DNA of 64,000 nt from positions 1,994 to 65,993 of the forward strand of contig JBQTIQ010000018.1 of assembly GCA_052387955.1 (NCBI GenBank). Direction: 5' to 3'. The position numbers were made by a program, and so were the translations under genes. The notes beneath the pieces are model-generated. The model was not told where the DNA came from, did no database searches, and saw only the letters and a program-made list of their open reading frames with translations. Positions within the stretch are counted from its first letter, which is position 1; each line of letters begins with the position of its first letter. Positions 19,609 to 29,630 of this stretch are shown here, one piece after another. The DNA comes from Acidimicrobiia bacterium. GTDB lineage: Bacteria; Actinomycetota; Acidimicrobiia; Acidimicrobiales; JACDCH01.

Positions 19609-20884
19609 CGTTAGGGTCCACGCCAGGTTAAATCGCGCGTGGTATCTTGGCGGTGTGGAGGTCACGCCGGAGGGGCTCGCGCGATTCTTCACGGTGGTGC
19701 TGCCGCACATGAACGAGGTGCAGCGGCGGGTGGTAGCCGGGGCAACAGCGCAGATGTTGGGTCGGGGAGGCAAGACCGCGGTGGCGGCGGCGTCGGGAAT
19801 GAGCCGCAACACGGTGATCAAAGCCGAGACCGAAGTGGCGGCCGGGATGGAGCCGGCGACGCGGCTGCGAGCGCCAGGCGGCGGCGACAAACCGTTGATC
19901 GACAAGCAGCCGGGTGTGCTCGAAGCCCTCGACGAGCTCGTTCATCCTGAGACCCGGGGCAACCCGATGTCGTTGCTGCGGTGGACATCAAAGTCCTCGA
20001 CCCACCTGGCCGAGGACTTGGTGCGGCAGGGGTTCGAGGTGTCGTCGCGCACGGTGCTGCGGCTGCTGCACCGGCTCGGCTACTCGTTGCAGGCCAACGC
20101 CAAGGTGACCGAAGGCCGCCAGCATCCCGACCGTGACGGGCAGTTCCGGTATCTCAACGATATGGCCCAAGCGTTCATCGACGACGGGCAACCGGTGATC
20201 AGCGTGGACACCAAGAAGAAGGAGCTGATCGGCGACTACGCCAACGGCGGCACCGAATGGGCTCCCACCGGCGAGCCGGAACGGGTGCAGGTCCACGACT
20301 TCGCTGACCGGGCCTTGGGCGAGTTCGCCAAGGCGATTCCGTACGGCATCTACGACATCGCCAACGACGAAGGCTGGGTCAGCGTCGGCGATGTCGCCGA
20401 CACCGCCGAGTTCGCGGTCGAGTCGATCCGGCGGTGGTGGAACCAGATGGGCCGAGCCCGGTTCCCCGACGCCGACCGGCTGTTGATCACCGCTGACGCC
20501 GGTGGCTCCAACGGGTACCGGCTGCGAGCCTGGAAGGTCGAGCTCGCTCGTCTCGCCGCCGAGACCGGTCTGCGCATCACCGTGTGCCACTACCCGCCGG
20601 GCACCTCAAAGTGGAACCGCATCGAGCACCGCATGTTCAGCTTCATCACCATGAACTGGCGAGGCCGGCCCCTCACCAGCCTGCGCACCATCATCGAACT
20701 CATCTCCGCCACGGCGACAACGACAGGGCTCACCATCCAAGCCGCCTACGACCCGAACTGGTACCCGACCGGCGTCAAGATCACCGACGCCGAACTCGCC
20801 GCCGTCCCCCACGACCCACACGACTGGCACGGCGAATGGAACTACACCATCAACGCTCAATCAGACCTGGCGTGAGCCCTTACA
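19609..20884 (+). mobile_element. ISAzo13-family insertion sequence
   Basis: Imperfect terminal inverted repeats: cgttagggtccacgccaggt (19609-19628) versus the reverse complement of 20865-20884 (tgtaagggctcacgccaggt), 16 of 20 identical. They enclose a single DDE transposase gene. No clear target-site duplication was seen. Confidence 0.65.
19655..20875 (+). CDS. ISAzo13-family DDE transposase
   Basis: Real part of ORF 18323..20875. Motifs ISVDTKKKELIG, LLITADAGGSNGYR and VCHYPPGTSKWNRIEHRMFSFITMNWRGRPL are characteristic of DDE_Tnp_ISAzo13. The GTG start at 19655 is proposed. Confidence 0.8.
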   Translation: MEVTPEGLARFFTVVLPHMNEVQRRVVAGATAQMLGRGGKTAVAAASGMSRNTVIKAETEVAAGMEPATRLRAPGGGDKPLIDKQPGVLEALDELVHPETRGNPMSLLRWTSKSSTHLAEDLVRQGFEVSSRTVLRLLHRLGYSLQANAKVTEGRQHPDRDGQFRYLNDMAQAFIDDGQPVISVDTKKKELIGDYANGGTEWAPTGEPERVQVHDFADRALGEFAKAIPYGIYDIANDEGWVSVGDVADTAEFAVESIRRWWNQMGRARFPDADRLLITADAGGSNGYRLRAWKVELARLAAETGLRITVCHYPPGTSKWNRIEHRMFSFITMNWRGRPLTSLRTIIELISATATTTGLTIQAAYDPNWYPTGVKITDAELAAVPHDPHDWHGEWNYTINAQSDLA

Positions 20885-21285
20885 CGAGCATCACGCTCTT
20901 CCGCGACGCCACATTACTCAGCAACGCTCGATAGCTTCTCGAAATCAAACACGTTCGTGCCACGAGTAATCTCCTCGCGTCTACGGCGGCGGCGCCGCGT
21001 TCTCACCTCGGCTGGCCGGGTTCGTTCTCGACGCGTTCTCGGCGGAGGACCTCCCCGTGGCTGTGCCCGCCGGCGGCCCCGACCTCGACCGGTTGAGCAC
21101 CTGCGAGGACGAGGTGCTGCGGCTCCTGCCCGCGGCCATCCGTACAAGAGATCGCCCGCCGGCTGTATCTGTGCGTCCCTCTTCGACCTTGCCGGCGCCA
21201 GCCCCGGCTGGGTACAGGGGACGGCGATCGTGTTTCCCGGTGGGGGTGGTGTGCAAGAAGTGGTCGACTGCGGCAGACTCTTGGC

Positions 21286-22182
21286 ATGCCCCGGGCCATA
21301 TGGAGCGGGTCGATCAGCTTCGGGCTGGTCAACATCCCGGTCAAGCTCTACAACGCCGTCTCTCGCAAGTCGGTGTCGTTCAACCAGATCGATCGCCAGA
21401 CGGGTGCCCGCATCAAGTATAAGAAGGTGTCGGCGGCCGACGACCACGAGGTGCCCAACGACGACATCGTCAAGGGGTACGAGCTCTCCTCGGGCGAGTA
21501 CGTGTTGATCGACGAGGAAGAGCTGGCCGGCCTCGACCCCGTCGCCGCTCGCACGATCGACATCGAAGAGTTCGTGAACCTCGACGAGATCGATCCTCTC
21601 TACTACGACTCGGCCTATTTCCTGGCGCCCGACAAGGCCACGGCCAAGCCCTACGCCCTCCTGGCCGAGGCCATGGAACGCACCGGCAAGGTCGGCATCG
21701 CCCGATTCGTGATGCGCTCGAAGCAGTACCTGTCGGCGGTGCGGCCCAAGGACGGCAGGCTGCTGCTGTCGACGATGGTCTACGCCGACGAGGTCAACTC
21801 GCCGGCCGACATCCCCGAGCTGGCCGACCTCGACAACGTCGAGGTGAGCGACCGTGAGGTCGCCATGGCCGAGCAGCTGGTCGAGTCGTTGGCGGCCGCC
21901 TTCGAGCCCGAGCGGTTCCAGGACACCCACCGCAACCAGGTGATGGAGCTCATCGAGCGCAAGGCGTCGGGCGCCACCGAGGTGATCGAGTCGTCGCCGG
22001 AACCGACCGCCGACAAGGTGGTCGACCTCATGGCCGCGCTCGAGGCCAGCGTGGCCGCGGCCAAGGAATCGCGCCGCCGCCATCCCACCGCCCGCGATGC
22101 CGGCTCCGACGAAGCCGACGGCCAGGCCGAGGACGAGGGCGCGGCCCCCAAGGCGGCTCCCCGCCGGCGCAGGAGCGCCTGA
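21286..22182 (+). CDS. ku: Ku protein (non-homologous end joining)
   Basis: N-terminus MPRAIWSGSISFGLVNIPVKLYNA with the Ku core and a basic/acidic C-terminal tail. Confidence 0.9.
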   Translation: MPRAIWSGSISFGLVNIPVKLYNAVSRKSVSFNQIDRQTGARIKYKKVSAADDHEVPNDDIVKGYELSSGEYVLIDEEELAGLDPVAARTIDIEEFVNLDEIDPLYYDSAYFLAPDKATAKPYALLAEAMERTGKVGIARFVMRSKQYLSAVRPKDGRLLLSTMVYADEVNSPADIPELADLDNVEVSDREVAMAEQLVESLAAAFEPERFQDTHRNQVMELIERKASGATEVIESSPEPTADKVVDLMAALEASVAAAKESRRRHPTARDAGSDEADGQAEDEGAAPKAAPRRRRSA

Positions 22183-22235
22183 CGGGTTGGTCTGGTGCGG
22201 GCGTCGCTTCGCTCGCGTCTAGCGAAAGCAGGGCC

Positions 22236-23156
22236 ATGACCACCGTTGACATCGACGGCCACCAGCTGAAGCTGTCGAACCTGGACAAGGTGCTGTACCC
22301 CGAGACGGGGTTCACCAAGGGCGAGGTCATCGACTACTACTCCCGCATCGCCCCGATGATGCTGGCCCACCTCGGTGACCGGGGCATAACGATGCGGCGC
22401 TTCCCCAACGGGGTCGACGCCAGCTCGTTCTTCGAGAAGCGCTGTCCCTCGCACCGGCCCGACTGGGTGAAGGTGGCGCCCGGGCCAGGAGACCGCGGTG
22501 GAGCAATCGACTACTGCCGGCTCGACAGCCGGGCCGCGCTAGTGTGGGCCGCCAACCTCGCCGCCCTCGAGCTGCATGCGCCGATGGCCCGGGCCGACGA
22601 CATCGAGACGCCGACCATGGTCGTGTTCGACCTCGACCCGGGAGCGCCGGCGGGGATCTCGGACTGCGCCGAGGTCGCCCTGTGGGTCCGCGACGTGCTG
22701 GACGGGCTCGGCCTCCGCTGCCTGCCCAAGACCTCGGGTTCGAAGGGGATGCAGCTGTACCTGCCGGTCAACGCGCCGGGGCTCACCCACGAGGCGGCGT
22801 CCTCGTTCGCCCTCGCCGTCGCCCAGGCCCTGGAACGGCACCACGGCGACCGGGTCCTGTCGAGGATGCGCAAGGAGCTCCGCACGGGGAAGGTCTTCAT
22901 CGACTGGAGCCAGAACACCCGCCACAAGACCACGGCCTGCGTCTACACCCTCCGCGCCCGCCCCCGGCCCACGGTGTCGACCCCACTGACCTGGGACGAG
23001 GTGGAGGAGGCGGCGTCGGAGAAGGGCCCGTTGTCCTTCGAGGCCGACGACGTCGTCGCCCGGGTCGAGCGTCTCGGGGACCTCTTCGCCGAGGCGGCCA
23101 CCCTGGTCCAGGAGATCCCCGCCGCCGGCGGGGCCGCCCCGAGGTCTCGCCGCTAG
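22236..23156 (+). CDS. LigD polymerase/primase domain protein (stand-alone NHEJ polymerase)
   Basis: Motifs LKLSNLDKVLYPETGFTKGEVIDYY, FDLDP, KTSGSKGMQLYLP and IDWSQN. No ligase or phosphoesterase domain is attached. Confidence 0.85.
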   Translation: MTTVDIDGHQLKLSNLDKVLYPETGFTKGEVIDYYSRIAPMMLAHLGDRGITMRRFPNGVDASSFFEKRCPSHRPDWVKVAPGPGDRGGAIDYCRLDSRAALVWAANLAALELHAPMARADDIETPTMVVFDLDPGAPAGISDCAEVALWVRDVLDGLGLRCLPKTSGSKGMQLYLPVNAPGLTHEAASSFALAVAQALERHHGDRVLSRMRKELRTGKVFIDWSQNTRHKTTACVYTLRARPRPTVSTPLTWDEVEEAASEKGPLSFEADDVVARVERLGDLFAEAATLVQEIPAAGGAAPRSRR

Positions 23157-23179
23157 GTCGGGCGGGGTACCTGGTCGGC

Positions 23180-23398
23180 ATGCGTACGCTCACCGCCCGC
23201 CGGTCCGCCGCCGGGATCATCGTCGGCCTTCTCCTGGTGCTCGCTCCCGCCTGCTCCGAAGAGACCCGGGACAGCATCGGCAACACGGCCAGCAACGTGG
23301 GCGAGGACACCGTCGAGGGCCTCTCAGACCTCAACTCGGTCGGCCAGGACCTCGGCAGCGACGCCCGCGACGCCGTCGACTCCGTCGACTCCAACTGA
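23180..23398 (+). CDS. Small putative lipoprotein
   Basis: 72 aa with signal peptide and lipobox IIVGLLLVLAPAC followed by an acidic tail. There is no homology support. Confidence 0.35.
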   Translation: MRTLTARRSAAGIIVGLLLVLAPACSEETRDSIGNTASNVGEDTVEGLSDLNSVGQDLGSDARDAVDSVDSN

Positions 23399-23449
23399 AC
23401 CCGCCGGGCTGTGGGCCACAGCCTCCGCAGCAGCGCAGTGGCTCGCCCG

Positions 23450-26400
23450 TCAGCGGGCGACGAAGTACTTGGCCTGGGGGTGGTGGCAGATGAGAGCTGA
23501 CGTGGTCTGCTCGGGCTGGTACTGGTAGCCGGTCTCCTCGGAACAGTCGAGGCCGATGCGGGAACCGTCGAGGAGGCGCAGCACCTTCTCGTTGTCCTCC
23601 AGGTCGGGGCACGCCGGGTAGCCCCACGAGTAGCGCCCGCCCCGGTACTGCTGGCGGAAGAGCCCGGCGAGGTTGGGCCCGTCCTGGGCCGCGAACCCCC
23701 ACTCCTCGCGGATGCGCCGGTGCCAGTACTCGGCCAGGGCCTCCGCCGTCTCGACCCCCAGCCCGTGCAGGTGCAGGTAGTCCTGGTAGCGGTCGTCGGC
23801 GAAGAGCTTGGCCGCCGCCTCGGACACCGCCGGGCCCATGGTGACGATGTGGAAGGCGGCGTAGTCGACCTCGGGCGCGTCCACGGGCCGGAAGAAGTCG
23901 GCGATGCAGAGGAACGGGGCCTTGCGCTGGCGGGGGAACGGGAACCGCTCCAGCTCCTCCGAGCGCAACTCGTCGGTCCACAGCACCACGTCGTCGCCGT
24001 CGGCCGATGCCGGGAAATAGCCGTACACGACCGCCGGCTGCAACAGGTCGGCAGCCCGGGCCTGCGCCAGCTCGTCGCGCAGGATGGGCCGGATGCGGGC
24101 CTTGAAGGTCTCGTCGTCCTCGCCCTTGCCCGGGAGCGGCTTGTACTGCCACTGGTTACGGAACAACGCCGTCTCGTTGACGTAGCCGACGATGTCGTCG
24201 AGGGACAGGCCCTTGACCACCCGGCTGCCGAGGAACGGGGGGACGAAGACCTCGTTGTCGGTGGCCACCTCCGGTGAACGGTCGGGTACCTCGACCGGCG
24301 GCAGGTCGCCGTCGCCGGCGTTGGCCCGAGCGATCGTGTAGGCCGGGGCCGGGACCCTCGACTCGGAAGGCTCCGTGCCCCAGGCGGGGTCGTCGGGCTC
24401 GTCGCCGCGGGCGATGGCGCCGAGACGGTCCATGACGTGGAGGCCCTCGAAGGCGTCGCGCCCGTAGAACAGGCGCCCGGCGTAGACGTCGCGCAGGTCG
24501 CGTTCGACGTAGGAACGGGTCAGGGCGGCCCCGCCCAGCAGCACCGGGATGCGGGCCAGGCCCCGGTCGTTGAGCTCTTCGAGGTTGTCCCGCATGATCA
24601 GCGTGGACTTGACCAACAGCCCGCTCATGCCGATGGCGGTGGCCCCCACCTCGAGCGCCTTGTCGATCATGTCCGCCACCGGCACCTTGATGCCGAGGTT
24701 GACCACGTCGTAGCCGTTGTTGGTGAGGATGATGTCGACCAGGTTCTTGCCGATGTCGTGGACGTCGCCCTTAACGGTGGCGATGACGATCCGGCCCCGG
24801 CCGGCGCCCTCGGCCTTGTCCATGTGGGGCTCGAGGTAGGCGACCGCCGTCTTCATGGTCTCCGCCGACTGGAGCACGAACGGCAGCTGCATCTGGCCCG
24901 ACCCGAAGAGCTCGCCGACCACCTTCATGCCCGCCAGCAACGTGTCGTTGATGATGGCCAACGGCGCCAGCCCGGACGCCATGGCCTCGTCGAGGTCGGC
25001 TTCCAGCCCGTCGCGGTCGCCGTCGACGATGCGCTGGGACAAGCGCCGCTCGAGCGGCCAGTCCGAGCGGTCCTCCTTCTCGAGCCCGGCCGACTCGACG
25101 TCCTCGAACAGCTCGAGCAGCCGGCTCAACGGGTCGTAGCCGCGCTCGGCGTCGCGCCGGTCGTGGATCAGGTCGCGGCACACCTCGACGTGCTCGGCCG
25201 GGATACGGGCCAACGGCATGATGCGGGCGGCGTGGACGATGGCGGCGTCGAGGCCGGCCGCTCGGCACTCGTCGAGGAAGACCGAGTTGAGGACGTGCCG
25301 GGCCGCAGGCTTGAGGCCGAAGGACACGTTGGAGAGGCCGAGCACGGTGTGGGCGCCGGGCAGTTCGGCCTTGATGCGGCGGATGGCCTCGATGGTGGCC
25401 ATGGCGTCGCCCCGTAGGTCCTCGTCGCCGGTGGACAGCGGGAAGGTGAGTGCGTCGAAGATCAGGTCGGACGGCTCCAGGCCGTAGCGCTCGACGGCGA
25501 GGCCGCAGATGCGATGGGCCACCCGCAGCTTCCAGTCCACGTCGCGAGCCTGGCCGTCTTCGTCGATCAGCAGGCAGATGACGGCGGCCCCGTACTCCCG
25601 GGCCAGGCTGCACACCCGGTCGAAGCGCGACCCGGGGGCGTCGCCGTCCTCGAGGTTGGCCGAGTTGAGGATGGCTCGGCCACCGATGTGGCCCAGGCCG
25701 GCTTCGAGCACCGGCGGTTCGGTCGAGTCGAGTACCAGCGGGACGGTGGCCTGGGTGGCCAGCCGGCCCACCAGTTCGTCCATGTCGGCCCGGCCGTCGC
25801 GGCCGACGTAGTCGACGCACACGTCGAGCACGTGGGCTCCCTCCCGTTCCTGCTCGCGGCCCATCTGGAGGCAGGTGTCCCAGTCGCCGGCGAGCATGGC
25901 GTCGCGGAACTTCCTCGACCCGTTGGCGTTGGTGCGCTCGCCGATCGTCAGGTAGGTGACGTCCTGGTCGAAGGGGGTGAACGAATAGATCGACGCCGCC
26001 CCCGGCTCGTGGTCAGGGTGCCGGCGGGCCGGGGTCAGGTCGCGGCAGTGCTCGACCAGTTGGCGGATGAAGTCGGGGGTGGTGCCACAGCACCCGCCCA
26101 CCACGCCCACGCCGTACTCGGTGATGAACCGGGTGTGGTGCTCGACCAGCTCGGCCGGGCTGAGGTCGTAGTGCATGTGGCCGTCCACGACCGAGGGCAG
26201 CCCGGCGTTGGGAAGGCAGGCGATCGGCATACGGGCGTGGTGCGAAAGGTGGCGCAGGTGTTCGGCCATCTCGGTCGGCCCGGTGGCGCAGTTGAGCCCG
26301 ATGATGTCGGGGTGCATGGCGTCGAGGGCGTTGAGGGCGGCGCCGATCTCGGTGCCGAGGAGCATGCGCCCGGTGAGCTCCATCGTCACCTGCACCTGCA

Positions 26401-26950
26401 GGGGTACGTGACGGCCGGCCGCGGCCATGGCCTGACGGGTGCCGATCATCGCCGCCTTGACCGCCAACAGGTCGAACTGGGTCTCGATGATGAACAGGTC
26501 GACGCCGCCGTCGAGCAGGCCCCGGGCCGCTTCGGCGTAGGCGTCGCGGAGCTCGAGGAACGTGATCTGGCCCAGCGACGGCGACTTCGTGCCCGGCCCC
26601 AGCGAGCCGGCGACGAACCGGCCGTAGCCGTCGGCCACGTCGCGGGCGATGGCGGCGTTGGCCCGGGCGATCTCGTAGGACCTCCCGCTCAGCCCGTACT
26701 CGGCCAGGGGTACGGCGAATGCCCCGAAGGTGTTGGTCTCCACCACGTCGGCGCCGGCCTCGAAATAGGCGGTGTGGAGATCGGCTACGACGTCGGGCCG
26801 GGTGATCCCCAGGTACTCGTTGCACCCCTCGAGGTCGGGGCCACCGAAGTCCTCGATACTGAGGTGGCGCTCCTGCAGCCACGTGCCGGTGGCGCCGTCA
26901 TAGATGACGACACGGTCGTTGACCAGGTCGAGGAACGTGCCGGCCGGCAT
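23450..26950 (-). CDS. metH: Cobalamin-dependent methionine synthase
   Basis: 1166 aa covering the homocysteine-binding, pterin-binding, B12-binding (GDVHDIGKN) and AdoMet-activation domains in the canonical order. Confidence 0.95.
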   Translation of the reverse strand: MPAGTFLDLVNDRVVIYDGATGTWLQERHLSIEDFGGPDLEGCNEYLGITRPDVVADLHTAYFEAGADVVETNTFGAFAVPLAEYGLSGRSYEIARANAAIARDVADGYGRFVAGSLGPGTKSPSLGQITFLELRDAYAEAARGLLDGGVDLFIIETQFDLLAVKAAMIGTRQAMAAAGRHVPLQVQVTMELTGRMLLGTEIGAALNALDAMHPDIIGLNCATGPTEMAEHLRHLSHHARMPIACLPNAGLPSVVDGHMHYDLSPAELVEHHTRFITEYGVGVVGGCCGTTPDFIRQLVEHCRDLTPARRHPDHEPGAASIYSFTPFDQDVTYLTIGERTNANGSRKFRDAMLAGDWDTCLQMGREQEREGAHVLDVCVDYVGRDGRADMDELVGRLATQATVPLVLDSTEPPVLEAGLGHIGGRAILNSANLEDGDAPGSRFDRVCSLAREYGAAVICLLIDEDGQARDVDWKLRVAHRICGLAVERYGLEPSDLIFDALTFPLSTGDEDLRGDAMATIEAIRRIKAELPGAHTVLGLSNVSFGLKPAARHVLNSVFLDECRAAGLDAAIVHAARIMPLARIPAEHVEVCRDLIHDRRDAERGYDPLSRLLELFEDVESAGLEKEDRSDWPLERRLSQRIVDGDRDGLEADLDEAMASGLAPLAIINDTLLAGMKVVGELFGSGQMQLPFVLQSAETMKTAVAYLEPHMDKAEGAGRGRIVIATVKGDVHDIGKNLVDIILTNNGYDVVNLGIKVPVADMIDKALEVGATAIGMSGLLVKSTLIMRDNLEELNDRGLARIPVLLGGAALTRSYVERDLRDVYAGRLFYGRDAFEGLHVMDRLGAIARGDEPDDPAWGTEPSESRVPAPAYTIARANAGDGDLPPVEVPDRSPEVATDNEVFVPPFLGSRVVKGLSLDDIVGYVNETALFRNQWQYKPLPGKGEDDETFKARIRPILRDELAQARAADLLQPAVVYGYFPASADGDDVVLWTDELRSEELERFPFPRQRKAPFLCIADFFRPVDAPEVDYAAFHIVTMGPAVSEAAAKLFADDRYQDYLHLHGLGVETAEALAEYWHRRIREEWGFAAQDGPNLAGLFRQQYRGGRYSWGYPACPDLEDNEKVLRLLDGSRIGLDCSEETGYQYQPEQTTSALICHHPQAKYFVAR

Positions 26951-27011
26951 CCTGGCAGGCTATCGGGACCGGCCCGCCCCCTCGGGGCGAGCTGTCGATG
27001 GGGCGTGAGCC

Positions 27012-27440
27012 CTACCCGACGAAGGCGGCGACGGCGACGTAGGCCACGGCCAGGACGCCCCAGAACATGTGGCCCTTGACGAAGAACGGGTGGATCTTGG
27101 TCTCGACGTTGCGGTCGCCGTAGATATCGTCGGCCCGGGCTCGCACGTAGGCCTTGTACTGGTAGACGCCGGCGGCCGCGGTCACGGCCAGGAAGACCAG
27201 GGCCAGCCAACGGGCCGAGCCCATCTCGGGGTTGTCCGACGTCACCCACACGAACCAGAGCAGGAAGCCGACCACCCCGAAGCCCACATGGGTGGCTGCC
27301 AGGCCGGCCGGCATCTGGCGCTCCCGGGTGCGGCTGCCCTTGGCCGCTTTGCGCAGCAGGTGCAGGCCGCCGAGCAGGGCGAAGAACCAGAAGAGCAGCG
27401 CACCCGTATCCCAGGACAAGTCCTCCCCCTCCCTCTGCAC
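27012..27440 (-). CDS. Hypothetical integral membrane protein
   Basis: 142 aa with four predicted hydrophobic helices and coding-like composition. No family was recognised. Confidence 0.5.
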   Translation of the reverse strand: MQREGEDLSWDTGALLFWFFALLGGLHLLRKAAKGSRTRERQMPAGLAATHVGFGVVGFLLWFVWVTSDNPEMGSARWLALVFLAVTAAAGVYQYKAYVRARADDIYGDRNVETKIHPFFVKGHMFWGVLAVAYVAVAAFVG

Positions 27441-27481
27441 GCCGGCCGTGCCAGGTCTCGCCGGCTCGTAGTCTCCTGCTC

Positions 27482-28027
27482 GTGAAGGTCTACACGCGCA
27501 AGGGCGACGACGGCACGACCGGGCTGCTCTACGGCGGCCGAGTGGCCAAGGACGATCCGGCGCCGACGGCCTACGGGGACGTCGACGAGGCCCAGGCCAT
27601 GATGGGCGTGGCCCGGGCGGAGTGCCAGGGCGACGACGAACTGGGCGGCCTGCTGGTGAGCCTCGAGCGCGACCTGTGGGTGCTCATGGCCGAACTGGCC
27701 ACCGGGCCCGAGAACCGGCACAAGCTGACGGCCGGCCAGAGCCTCGTCACCCAGGCGATGATCGACGCCCTCGAGGCCCGCATCGACGACCTGGCCGGGC
27801 GCTTCGCCATGCCCACCGAGTTCGTCGTGCCCGGGGAGGAGCGGGTGGCGTCGCTGCTCGACGTCGCCCGCGCCGTCACCCGGCGCGCCGAGCGGACGTC
27901 GTTGCGGGCGGCGGCGCCCGGCTCGCTGGTCGTGCCCTACCTCAACCGGCTCTCCGACCTGCTCTGGACCATGGCCCGATGGCGCGAAGGCAGCTCCCTG
28001 CTCACCCGGGCCCAGGAGGAACGATGA
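27482..28027 (+). CDS. PduO-type ATP:cob(I)alamin adenosyltransferase
   Basis: Hallmark N-terminus KVYTRKGDDGTTGL, GTG start, about 181 aa. Confidence 0.85.
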   Translation: MKVYTRKGDDGTTGLLYGGRVAKDDPAPTAYGDVDEAQAMMGVARAECQGDDELGGLLVSLERDLWVLMAELATGPENRHKLTAGQSLVTQAMIDALEARIDDLAGRFAMPTEFVVPGEERVASLLDVARAVTRRAERTSLRAAAPGSLVVPYLNRLSDLLWTMARWREGSSLLTRAQEER

Positions 28028-29439
28028 TGCGCTTCGAAGCGGTACCGGTCGTGCCCGACGACGTCGAGCTGGTGATCGAGGGCGTGACCTCCGACGAACC
28101 CAGCGGCGGCGATGCCGCCACCCTGGCCGGCTTCGAAGCCAAGACGGGCCAGACGATGCTTCTGCCGGGCCGGCTGCTGGTGGGCCTCGGCCCGGCTGGC
28201 GGGGTCACCCCGGCCGTCGTCCGCCGGGCCGCGGGCGCCGCCTCCCGGGCCGCGGCACGGGCCCAGCGGGTGGCGGTGCTGGCGCCACCGTTCGCCAACG
28301 GCGACAGCTACCAGCCCCTGGCCGAGGGCATGGCCCTCGGCGCCTACCGGTTCACGGCGTACCGTTCCGACCCCAAGCCGAACCGAATCGCCGAGGTGGC
28401 CGTGGTCGGCGCGGGCGACCCCGACGCCCAGGCCGCACTCGACCGGGGAGGGCGCCTGGCCGCCGCCACCGCGCTGGCCCGAGACCTCGCCAACGAGCCC
28501 GGCGGCCTGCTCACGCCCTCTGCCCTGGCCGACCGGGCGGTCGAGATGGCCGGGAGCGCCGGCCTCGGCTGCGAGGTGCTCGACGAGCACGCCATGGCCG
28601 CCGCCAACCTGAACGGGACGCTGGCCGTCAACCGGGGCTCGGTGCATCCCCCGCGCTTCGTCATCCTCACCTACGAACCCGAGGGCGAGGCGACCGGTTC
28701 GGTGGCCCTGGTGGGCAAGGGCGTCACGTTCGATTCCGGCGGGCTGTCCCTGAAGACGGCCGAGGGGATGATCGGCATGCAGGGCGACATGGGTGGCGCC
28801 GCCGCCGTGCTCGGCGCCATGTCGGTGCTGCGCGACCTGGGCGTGACCGCTCGGGTGCGGGCGTTCATCCCCATCACCGACAACATGACCGGCGGCGACG
28901 CCACCCGGGTTGGTGACGTCGTGCGCTACCGCAACGGGCGGACCGTCGAGGTGCTCAACACCGACGCCGAGGGCCGGCTGATCCTGGCCGATGCGTTGGT
29001 GCTGGCCAGCGAGGAGTCGCCCGACGCCATCGTCGACCTGGCCACCCTCACCGGCGCCTGCATGGTGGCGCTGGGCCGGCGGGTGGCGGGCCTGTTCTCA
29101 CCCGACGACGTGCTGGCGTCGGCCCTCGCCGCCGCCGGCGAGCGGGCCGGCGAACCGCTGTGGCGGCTCCCCGTCGTCGACGGGTACCGCAAGGAGCTCG
29201 ACTCGAAGGTGGCCGACCTCAAGAACGTCGGCGCCGGCCGCATCGGCGGCGCCATCACCGCCACCCTCTTCCTGCGCGAGTTCGTGGGCGACGGGATCCC
29301 CTGGGCTCATCTCGACATCGCCGGGCCGGCGTGGCTCGACGAGGAGGACGGCGAGTGGTGTGTCAACGGCACCGGCTTCGGCGTCCGCACCCTGGCCGCC
29401 TGGTTGTCCTTGCTCGGAGCCGGCGTCGACGGCCCTTGA
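28024..29439 (+). CDS. pepA: Leucyl aminopeptidase (M17)
   Basis: Motifs VGKGVTFDSGGLSLK and NTDAEGRLILADAL. The ATGA overlap with the upstream gene is at 28024. Confidence 0.9.
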   Translation: MMRFEAVPVVPDDVELVIEGVTSDEPSGGDAATLAGFEAKTGQTMLLPGRLLVGLGPAGGVTPAVVRRAAGAASRAAARAQRVAVLAPPFANGDSYQPLAEGMALGAYRFTAYRSDPKPNRIAEVAVVGAGDPDAQAALDRGGRLAAATALARDLANEPGGLLTPSALADRAVEMAGSAGLGCEVLDEHAMAAANLNGTLAVNRGSVHPPRFVILTYEPEGEATGSVALVGKGVTFDSGGLSLKTAEGMIGMQGDMGGAAAVLGAMSVLRDLGVTARVRAFIPITDNMTGGDATRVGDVVRYRNGRTVEVLNTDAEGRLILADALVLASEESPDAIVDLATLTGACMVALGRRVAGLFSPDDVLASALAAAGERAGEPLWRLPVVDGYRKELDSKVADLKNVGAGRIGGAITATLFLREFVGDGIPWAHLDIAGPAWLDEEDGEWCVNGTGFGVRTLAAWLSLLGAGVDGP

Positions 29440-29630
29440 CCGTTCCTGCTCGGGGGCAGCCCCCCGGGCCCCATCCGTCGCCCGGCCCGCTGGCGCTCGC
29501 ACGGTCGACCGGTCACCGGTGAGTCTCTTGCAGGTAATGGTGCACCGGTGACCCTTGGCGGTCCCGGCCCGCGGGCCGTGATCGGTGACGGCCGCCACCG
29601 CGGGCTCTCTGGTCCCCGCAGGTGTGGGCC

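Noticed and set aside
26951-27481. Cobalamin riboswitch near metH or the PduO adenosyltransferase gene.
   Set aside because: The intergenic regions are short (61 and 41 bp) or occupied by a membrane-protein gene, and no B12-box-like sequence was seen.
28730-28760. tRNA-like T-loop sequence GTTCGATTCC.
   Set aside because: It lies inside the pepA coding motif GVTFDSGG and no cloverleaf context is present. No tRNA genes are supported anywhere in the window.
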